DNA of 64,000 nt from an uncultured Acidimicrobiia bacterium (GTDB lineage Bacteria > Actinomycetota > Acidimicrobiia > Spongiisociales > UBA4744), in the NCBI GenBank assembly GCA_964633745.1, contig CAZWHZ010000003.1, positions 1,494-65,493 on the forward strand, given 5' to 3'. The position numbers and the translations under genes were made by a program. Shown piece after piece: positions 57,671 through 64,000 of this stretch. The first letter of the stretch is position 1; every line of letters begins with the position of its first letter. The notes under the pieces are model-generated. The model saw only the letters and a program-made list of their open reading frames with translations, made no database searches and was not told where the DNA came from.

Positions 57671-58677
57671 GCGCGACCGGAAACCGCCCGCTCGTCAAGG
57701 TTGAGAACCTCGAGAAGCTGTTCCCCGTCGGGCGCGGCATCTTCAAGAAGGCAAACCAGTTCATTCACGCCGTTGACGGCGTCTCATTCGAGATCGCGCC
57801 AGGTGAGAGCCTGGGGCTGGTGGGCGAGTCCGGGTCGGGCAAGACCACCACGGGACGTATCCTGGCCCGTCTCGATCACAATACCGCAGGATCCATCCAC
57901 CTCCAGGACGGCGAGGAGATGCTGGATGTAGCCGATATCGGCAAGGACGGAATGAAGCGGTTCCGCCGCAGGGTCCAGATGATCTTCCAGGACCCCTACG
58001 AATCGATGAACCCCAGACGAACCATCTATGACACGATTGCCGAGCCGCTCCAGGTTCAGGGGATCGGTCGCCTTCCGGAGCGCGAGCAGCGGGTCGCCGA
58101 GTTGCTGGAGATGGTCGGCCTCACGCCGGCCGAGAACTTCCTGTTCCGCTACCCGCACGAGCTGTCTGGAGGTCAGCGACAGCGGGTCGCCATCGCCCGG
58201 GCATTGGTGATCGATCCTGTCTTTGTCGTCGCGGACGAGCCGACTTCGATGCTGGACGTCAGCATTCGCATCTCCATCATGGACATCATGCTGAAGCTCG
58301 GAGAGGAGTTCGGGGTCTCCTACCTCTACATCACTCATGACCTGGCAGTCGCCAGATACATGTGCGATCGGATCGCTGTCATGTACCTCGGCAAGATCGT
58401 CGAGATCGCACCGACCGAGGAGCTGCTCTCGAATCCAATGCACCCCTACACACGGGCGCTGCTTTCTGCCGTTCCGGTTCCTGATCCAGGCCACGCACGA
58501 CCGGATGTCGAGATCAAGGGCGGCATCAGCAAAGCCATCGACCCCAAGCCCCTGTGTCGCTTCCTGGATCGGTGCCCCTGGGCGACCGAGCAGTGCCGCA
58601 CCAGCGATCACCCGCGACTCGTGGAGATGGAACCGGGTCACTTCGTCTCCTGCTACGTCGTGGAGCAGAGCCGCTGA
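57667..58677 (+). CDS. ABC transporter ATP-binding protein (DppF/OppF-like)
   Basis: ORF 57529..58677 trimmed to ATG 57667 (ATGA overlap). [25 protein letters not shown]. Confidence 0.9.
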   Translation: MSATGNRPLVKVENLEKLFPVGRGIFKKANQFIHAVDGVSFEIAPGESLGLVGESGSGKTTTGRILARLDHNTAGSIHLQDGEEMLDVADIGKDGMKRFRRRVQMIFQDPYESMNPRRTIYDTIAEPLQVQGIGRLPEREQRVAELLEMVGLTPAENFLFRYPHELSGGQRQRVAIARALVIDPVFVVADEPTSMLDVSIRISIMDIMLKLGEEFGVSYLYITHDLAVARYMCDRIAVMYLGKIVEIAPTEELLSNPMHPYTRALLSAVPVPDPGHARPDVEIKGGISKAIDPKPLCRFLDRCPWATEQCRTSDHPRLVEMEPGHFVSCYVVEQSR

Positions 58678-59204
58678 TCTTCACCATCCCCAATCTCGTC
58701 TCCACCATCCGTCTCGTTGGTGTCGGCGTCTTCGCGTGGCTCATCTTCAGCCGTGGTGAGTACGCTGCGGCGGGGTGGCTCCTCTTCGCCATAGGGTGGA
58801 CCGACTGGATCGATGGATACCTGGCACGACGTCTCGATCAGGTCTCGGAACTCGGCAAGATCCTCGACCCGGTGGCCGACCGCCTTGCGATCGTGACCGC
58901 AGTCATCGGTGGAATGGTGTTGGGTGTCATTCCCCTCCTTCTGGGCATCGGCATCGCGGCGCGTGAGGTCGCCGTCGGAATGGGATCGATCCTCGTGGCA
59001 AGCAAGGGCGGCAAGATCGAGGTGCGCTGGCTCGGGAAGCTCGCGACCTTCATTCTGTACGGGGCGATCCCGGCGTTCTATGTCGCGCAGGGCGGCTTCA
59101 TTCCAGCCGTGTTCCTCGTTGTTGCGTGGGTGTTCGGCGTCGTCGGACTCATCCTCTACTGGTGGGTTGCGTGGCTGTACGCCAGGGACCTGTGGGCACG
59201 GTAA
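58674..59204 (+). CDS. CDP-alcohol phosphatidyltransferase (PgsA-like)
   Basis: Motif DWIDGYLARRLDQVSELGKILDPVADR (D-x2-DG-x2-AR...G-x3-D-x3-D). The start is unresolved. The conserved TIPNLVSTIRL begins 3 codons after CTG 58674, which overlaps the upstream TGA. The only canonical starts (ATG 58554; GTG near 58572 and 58593) would overlap the ATPase gene by about 85-125 nt. Confidence 0.8.
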   Translation: MIFTIPNLVSTIRLVGVGVFAWLIFSRGEYAAAGWLLFAIGWTDWIDGYLARRLDQVSELGKILDPVADRLAIVTAVIGGMVLGVIPLLLGIGIAAREVAVGMGSILVASKGGKIEVRWLGKLATFILYGAIPAFYVAQGGFIPAVFLVVAWVFGVVGLILYWWVAWLYARDLWAR

Positions 59205-59229
59205 GCTCCGTTCGACGAGAGGAGCGTTC

Positions 59230-59616
59230 ATGCAGGTTGCATCCGACAGGCGGTACTCGCAGGACCACGAGTGGGCACTCTTGGAGGCTGATGGCAGGGT
59301 TCGTGTCGGGATCAGTGATTTCGCCCAGGACGCGCTTGGTGACATCGTGTACGTCGAACTCCCCGAGGTGGGCAGCTCCTTCGGTGCAGGCGACTCGATG
59401 TGCGAGGTGGAGTCCACCAAGTCGGTGTCCGATGTGTTCGCTCCGCTGGCAGGCACGGTGGACGGGGTGAACGAGGCGCTCGCAGAACGCCCGGAGGTAT
59501 TGAACGCCGATCCCTATGGCGAGGGCTGGATTGCGGTCCTTGCTCCCTCGGAGCCTGCCGAATACGAGCAGCTCATGGATGCTGCGGCATATGAGCGGTT
59601 GACCGCCGGATCCTGA
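59230..59616 (+). CDS. gcvH: Glycine cleavage system H protein
   Basis: ORF 58909..59616 trimmed to ATG 59230. Lipoyl-lysine motif CEVESTKSVSDV. Confidence 0.9.
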   Translation: MQVASDRRYSQDHEWALLEADGRVRVGISDFAQDALGDIVYVELPEVGSSFGAGDSMCEVESTKSVSDVFAPLAGTVDGVNEALAERPEVLNADPYGEGWIAVLAPSEPAEYEQLMDAAAYERLTAGS

Positions 59617-59653
59617 CAGCGACTCTTCGGTTCGTCCCGCTACGATACGAGTA

Positions 59654-60091
59654 ATGCATTGCCCCACCTGTCGCGCTGAGATTCCGAACGATACCGTCAC
59701 GTGCCCCGCGTGTGGGGTCGTCATAGAACACGAACCGACGATTACGTTCGTCCCGGAGATGGCTGAGTTCCCGAGCGAGATCGAGGGAATCGGAAGCGAG
59801 TTCGTGCTCGTCGTCAAGCGGGGACCGCGTGCAGGGATGGGGTGGGTGCTTCAGGAGGGAACGACGACGGTTGGTCGTCACCCGGAGTCGGACATCTTCC
59901 TCGATGACATCACGGTGTCACGTCACCACTGCAGGCTCGTCCTCGATCAGGAGGGTCTGAGCGTCGAAGACTCCGGATCAACCAACGGCACGTATGTCAA
60001 CGGCATGCGAGTCGACAGGGCAGCACTCACCGCCGGCGATGAGGTGATCGTGGGCAAGTTCCACCTCAGCGTGGGGAAAGGCCATGAGTGA
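59654..60091 (+). CDS. garA: FHA-domain protein, GarA/OdhI-like, with an N-terminal zinc ribbon
   Basis: The FHA core LVVKRGPRAG...GRHPESDIFLDDITVSRHHCRL...GSTNGTYVNG...GDEVIVGKF closely parallels GarA. The N-terminus is CPTC-x11-CPAC. Synteny gcvH-garA-merR matches Rv1826-1828. Confidence 0.8.
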   Translation: MHCPTCRAEIPNDTVTCPACGVVIEHEPTITFVPEMAEFPSEIEGIGSEFVLVVKRGPRAGMGWVLQEGTTTVGRHPESDIFLDDITVSRHHCRLVLDQEGLSVEDSGSTNGTYVNGMRVDRAALTAGDEVIVGKFHLSVGKGHE

Positions 60092-60767
60092 GGGTCTGTC
60101 CATTGGCGAACTGATCGCCCATCTGAAGGATGAATTCCCGGATCTGACCGTTTCGAAAGTCCGGTTCCTCGAAGGGAAGGGACTCATAAACCCAGGACGA
60201 AGTAGCTCGGGGTATCGGTCATTCAGTGACGAGGACATCGCGCGACTCCGGTACATCCTCCAGCAGCAACGAGACCACTTTCTTCCGTTGAAGGTGATCA
60301 AGTCGAAGCTCACCATGTGGGAGCGCGGGGAGGAAATCCCTATTCCCGCGCCGACCGGTCCTCCGCCAGAGCAGCTCTTCCAACAGCCCGGCCAGGACGT
60401 CGACAGAGACGAACTGAGGAGAGCTACCGGTCTGTCGTCCCGGCAGGTTTCGGAACTCGTCGACAACAGGGTCGTCCGCCCAGAGCCCGAGGGACCTGAG
60501 CGCTTCTCTGCAGAGGAGGTTGCGGTCGCGACTCAGGCTCAGCGTCTCCTCGCTTACGGTCTGGAAGCCCGCCACCTGCGATCCCTGCGCATATCGACAG
60601 AGCGGGATGCGGAGCTCCTCACGGCGTTGACCGCGCCGCTGGTACGAGCGAGAAACCCTGAGTCCCGACAGCGCGCCGCAGAGATCCTTGCAGGCTGTGC
60701 AGATGCGATGGAACGAATGCGGAGCGCGGCGCTGTCAGAGGATCTGCGACGCTTGATGGCGGAGTAA
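60084..60767 (+). CDS. MerR-family transcriptional regulator (Rv1828/FtsR-like)
   Basis: LSIGELIAHLKDEFPDLTVSKVRFLEGKGLINPGRSSSGYRSFSDEDIARL. 8-nt overlap with the FHA gene. Confidence 0.8.
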   Translation: MSEGLSIGELIAHLKDEFPDLTVSKVRFLEGKGLINPGRSSSGYRSFSDEDIARLRYILQQQRDHFLPLKVIKSKLTMWERGEEIPIPAPTGPPPEQLFQQPGQDVDRDELRRATGLSSRQVSELVDNRVVRPEPEGPERFSAEEVAVATQAQRLLAYGLEARHLRSLRISTERDAELLTALTAPLVRARNPESRQRAAEILAGCADAMERMRSAALSEDLRRLMAE

Positions 60768-60770
60768 CGG

Positions 60771-61949
60771 ATGCCGCGCTCATCTTCTTTCGCCGGCGGT
60801 CGGGCACGCCACCGCTTCGTGAACCTCCTTCTTCTCTCGATGGTGGTCACGCTGGTGCTCGGCCCAGCCTCCATCGCAGCCGCATCTCCCACCGAAGTCC
60901 CCCCTCTGCCCGTATTCGGAGGGTTTGTAGGTGCCCCGCCTCAGATCACGGCCGCGTCGTGGATTCTCTACGACGACACGTTCGGCGAAGTGCTCGCGGA
61001 ACACAACTCCGACGTTCCCAGGCCCATGGCCTCAACGACGAAGATCATGACGGCGATTGTCGCCCTCGAAAACGGCGACCTCGATCAGTCCATCCGAGTG
61101 ACCCAGCAAGCCGTCGATGTGGGAGAGGCAGAGGTGGGACTGGTCGCGGGAGAAGCGCTCACCCTCCGACAGCTCCTGACGGCCATGCTGGTTCGCTCAG
61201 GAAACGACACGGCGATCGCAGTTGCACAGGGCATTGGAGGAACGGTCGAGAAGTTTGTTCAGATGATGAATGACAAGGCCCAGTCGATGGGCCTCGTCAA
61301 CACCCACTTCGCCAACCCGCATGGACTCGACGAGAACGGCCACTACACAACTGCGCAAGACCTGCTCACCATGGCTCGCGTCGCGATGGAGAATCCGGTC
61401 TTCGCGACGGCGGTGCGAACTCAGACGGTGAGACTCCCCGACACTCCTGACGGAACGCTTCGAGTCGTTACTACGACAAACCAGCTGTTGCGCTCCTACC
61501 AGGGAGCTATTGGTGTGAAAACCGGCTACACGGGGCGTGCGGGGCATGTGCTGGTCGCAGCTGCGGAGCGGGAGGGGAGGAGGTTGTACGCCGTCGTGAT
61601 GGGATCGACCGACAGCTTCAGCGATGCAGCCGCGCTCCTCGACTACGGCTTCGGCGAGTTCGGCGTCATCGAGGTGATCATGAGCGGCATCACGTATGCG
61701 CAACGGCGAGTAGCTACTGAGACAGATGACCTCGAGGCCGGGTCAACGGTGGAGGCGTTCACCTCGCTCGAGGGTCCGGTCACGCTGGAGGCAGGCTTCG
61801 ATGAGGCGACGCCCGTCGTCACCGCGCGAGTCGGCGGGGTTGAGGTCGGGGTTTCGGAACTAGTGGGCTCCAACGTCCACCCATTGCCGACCCTCGAGGA
61901 CGCGCTCGGCTGGGTCGGTAGGTACTGGTCGTGGCTGTGGGGCAGATGA
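60771..61949 (+). CDS. D-alanyl-D-alanine carboxypeptidase (peptidase S11, low-MW PBP)
   Basis: Signal peptide. SxxK (ASTTK), SxN (RSGND) and KTG (VKTGYT) motifs. Confidence 0.85.
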   Translation: MPRSSSFAGGRARHRFVNLLLLSMVVTLVLGPASIAAASPTEVPPLPVFGGFVGAPPQITAASWILYDDTFGEVLAEHNSDVPRPMASTTKIMTAIVALENGDLDQSIRVTQQAVDVGEAEVGLVAGEALTLRQLLTAMLVRSGNDTAIAVAQGIGGTVEKFVQMMNDKAQSMGLVNTHFANPHGLDENGHYTTAQDLLTMARVAMENPVFATAVRTQTVRLPDTPDGTLRVVTTTNQLLRSYQGAIGVKTGYTGRAGHVLVAAAEREGRRLYAVVMGSTDSFSDAAALLDYGFGEFGVIEVIMSGITYAQRRVATETDDLEAGSTVEAFTSLEGPVTLEAGFDEATPVVTARVGGVEVGVSELVGSNVHPLPTLEDALGWVGRYWSWLWGR

Positions 61950-62500
61950 ACGAGGTCGTCGAGGTCATTGACGAGGAGTCGCTTTCCGAGCGGGTGCACG
62001 CCCTTGGAGACGCGATCAGCGCCGACTACGAAGGAAGGGTGCCGGTGCTGGTCGGCGTCCTCGCAGGCTCTCTTCCGTTCCTGAGCGACCTGTCGCGAGC
62101 AATCATCGGGGATTGTGAGATCGACTTCCTCTCCCTGAACCGGTTCGGCGAAGGAGGACGGGCTCGGATCTCGATGGACACGGAGATCTCTCTCGAAGGA
62201 CGAGATGTGCTGATCGTCGAGGACATCGTGGACACGGGACTGTCACTGACGTTTCTGCGGCGTCTCCTCGATACGCGTGATCTCGAGAGCTTGCGCACCG
62301 TCGCCCTCCTGGACAAGGTGCCGAGGCGCATCGTCGATGTGCCGATCGAGTACCGGGGCTTTGAGGTCGGGGATGAGTTCCTTCTCGGGTATGGCCTCGA
62401 CTGGGAGGGAAGGTACCGGAACCTGCGCTCGATATGGGCGGTGTTGGACCTGTCGTCATTCCAGGCAGACCCCGGCATCCTGATGGAATACGCCTTCTGA
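61946..62500 (+). CDS. hpt: Hypoxanthine phosphoribosyltransferase
   Basis: ORF 61931..62500 trimmed to ATG 61946 (ATGA overlap). PRPP motif VLIVEDIVDTGLSL. Confidence 0.85.
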   Translation: MNEVVEVIDEESLSERVHALGDAISADYEGRVPVLVGVLAGSLPFLSDLSRAIIGDCEIDFLSLNRFGEGGRARISMDTEISLEGRDVLIVEDIVDTGLSLTFLRRLLDTRDLESLRTVALLDKVPRRIVDVPIEYRGFEVGDEFLLGYGLDWEGRYRNLRSIWAVLDLSSFQADPGILMEYAF

Positions 62501-62513
62501 TAACCTGATCGTT

Positions 62514-63011
62514 GTGACGGAACATGTGCCCGTAGAGCTGGTCGGGGTTCGACTCCAGCTGCCAACGAACCAGCCGGTCGTCCTGTTGCGCGAGTTGACC
62601 GGGACGCGGTTTCTGCCCATCTGGGTCGGAGCGGTCGAAGCGACAGCCATCGCTTACGCCGTTGAAGGTCTCGTACCGATGCGACCGCTCACGCACGATC
62701 TCCTCAAGCTCGTGACCGAGTCGCTGGGTGGGAGCGTCTCGAAAGTCGTGGTGACGGAGCTCCGCGATGCCGTGTTCTACGCAGACCTCGTCCTCGAGCA
62801 GGGTGGACAGGAGGTCCACGTCTCGGCACGTCCGTCGGACGCCATCGCGTTCGCCGTCCGTACGGGTTCGCCCATCTTCGCTGCGCCGGAGGTCATCGAC
62901 GAGGCCGGCGTCGAGATCAAGGACGCCGAGGAAGAGTCCGAGATCGAGAAATTCAGGGAGTTTCTCGACGAGGTGACGCCGGAAGACTTCGCCCCGCCCA
63001 CCGAGAGCTAG
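62514..63011 (+). CDS. Bifunctional nuclease family protein (DUF151)
   Basis: VVLLRELTGTRFLPIWVGAVEATAIA...RPLTHDLL...ARPSDAIAFAVR. Acidic tail. Confidence 0.75.
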   Translation: MTEHVPVELVGVRLQLPTNQPVVLLRELTGTRFLPIWVGAVEATAIAYAVEGLVPMRPLTHDLLKLVTESLGGSVSKVVVTELRDAVFYADLVLEQGGQEVHVSARPSDAIAFAVRTGSPIFAAPEVIDEAGVEIKDAEEESEIEKFREFLDEVTPEDFAPPTES

Positions 63012-63019
63012 GGGTCGAG

Positions 63020-64000
63020 ATGACTGGCTCGGCCAGAGCCCGTATCGGTGCAGTCATCCTGGTGGGGATTGTCATCTTGGGGACCGTCGGGTTCATGTTG
63101 CTCGAGCACGCACCCCTCCTCGAGTCGCTCTACATGGTTGTCATCACCATCTCGACTGTTGGATTCCGGGAAGTCGTTGACCTCTCCGAAGCGGGGCGCC
63201 TGCTCACCATGGGTTTGATCGTGGTCGGCGTGGGCACCCTGTTCTTCACGGCAGCTGCGGTGATGGAAATGGCGGTCGAAAACATCTCGGAACGGAGGCG
63301 AGGTCAAGTGGAACGAAAGATCGAACACCTGTCGGGACACACGATCATTTGTGGATGGGGTCGAGTTGGGAGTGGGGTATGGGACATTCACAATGAGCTC
63401 GAGGTCCCGAGTGTGGTGATCGAGCGAGACCCTTCCGCTGCCGAGATTGCGAGAAGTCAGGGTGCTGTCGTGGTCGAGGGCGACGCAACGCATGACAACA
63501 TTCTCGAGAGGGCTGGTGTGGCCCGGGCCGGAGCGCTGGTGGCGTCCGTCAACTCCGACTCCGACAACCTGGTCATCGTCCTGTCGGCGAAGGCGCTCCG
63601 GCGAGACCTGCTCGTGGTCGCCCGAGCGTCGGACCTCGAAGCGGAACACAAGCTGCTACTCGCCGGAGCCGACCAGGCGGTCTCACCTCAATCTGTTGGA
63701 GCTCGGAGGCTGGCGTCGCTGGTGATCCAACCGGAATTGACAGACTTCATCGACCTCGTTGCTCGCAGGGGCCCGGTGGAGTATCGGGTCCAGCGCGTAC
63801 CGGTCATGGAGGGCTGTACGGTGTCCAACCAGACGCTGCGGAGCGTCAACCTTCGTCAGCGATCCGGGGCGATCGTCATCGCTGTAGAACGCGCCGACAC
63901 GGGAGAGCTCTCCTTCAACCCCGATCCCGGTGTCGTCTTGAACCCGGGTGACGTCCTGGTAGGTGTTGGCCTGCCCGGCCAGTTGGAGCGGCTCGTTTCG
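63020..64000 (+). CDS. Two-TM pore cation channel with RCK (TrkA-N/TrkA-C) domains (3' end runs off the window)
   Basis: Not in the ORF track because it is open-ended. Manual translation: MTGSARARIGAVILVGIVILGTVGFMLLEHAPLLESLYMVVITISTVGFREVVDL...IICGWGRVGSGV (Rossmann GxGxxG)...TrkA-C-like tail. The frame stays open for 327 codons to the window end. Confidence 0.8.
   Translation, partial: MTGSARARIGAVILVGIVILGTVGFMLLEHAPLLESLYMVVITISTVGFREVVDLSEAGRLLTMGLIVVGVGTLFFTAAAVMEMAVENISERRRGQVERKIEHLSGHTIICGWGRVGSGVWDIHNELEVPSVVIERDPSAAEIARSQGAVVVEGDATHDNILERAGVARAGALVASVNSDSDNLVIVLSAKALRRDLLVVARASDLEAEHKLLLAGADQAVSPQSVGARRLASLVIQPELTDFIDLVARRGPVEYRVQRVPVMEGCTVSNQTLRSVNLRQRSGAIVIAVERADTGELSFNPDPGVVLNPGDVLVGVGLPGQLERLVS

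Overview
The window is a high-GC actinobacterial chromosomal core segment, possibly Acidimicrobiia-like (a guess from composition and gene content). It is densely packed, and most operon junctions have 1-, 4- or 8-nt stop/start overlaps (ATGA, GTGA, TGATG). Three blocks are syntenic, from memory, with Mycobacterium tuberculosis loci.

(1) A complete, contiguous Pup-proteasome locus: arc/mpa, dop, pup, prcB, prcA, pafA, pafB, pafC, then tatA, tatC and helY. Directly upstream sits a ttuB-like, ttuA-like and trmI tRNA-modification operon.

(2) tlyA, nadK, recN, pyrG, a NUDIX gene, ald, xerD, a DksA-like gene, an M50 protease, an HD protein, scpA, scpB, rluB and an aroA-cmk fusion. ispH follows on the opposite strand, then der.

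(3) A pgsA-like gene, gcvH, a garA-like FHA gene, merR, a D,D-carboxypeptidase, hpt and a DUF151 nuclease.

Other content:
- a MarR gene next to a two-gene 2-oxoacid:ferredoxin oxidoreductase
- a fused formimidoyltransferase-cyclodeaminase
- EamA and MFS transporters
- a thiolase/DUF35 pair
- tRNA-Pro(GGG)
- a 1226-aa zinc-ribbon / class III cyclase / STAND / TPR protein
- a five-gene peptide-type ABC importer
- an RCK-gated cation channel that runs off the 3' end

I found no CRISPR array, rRNA, transposase, integrase or prophage.

The observations most worth a second look:
- A ubiquitin-like GG sulfur-carrier / TtuA / TrmI module lies next to the Pup system.
- At three CTGA junctions, a conserved or coding-like frame has no canonical start. 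A CUG overlapping the upstream TGA is the only candidate initiator.
- GTAC-core heptamer tandem arrays occur in two intergenic regions, one of them with an inverted copy.
- There are several domain fusions: aroA-cmk, OFOR beta-gamma, and zinc ribbon-GarA.
- Three genes absent from the ORF track were found by hand: the MarR gene, a 59-aa zinc-ribbon gene and the K+ channel gene.

All homology statements come from reading motifs in the translations. No database search was run.
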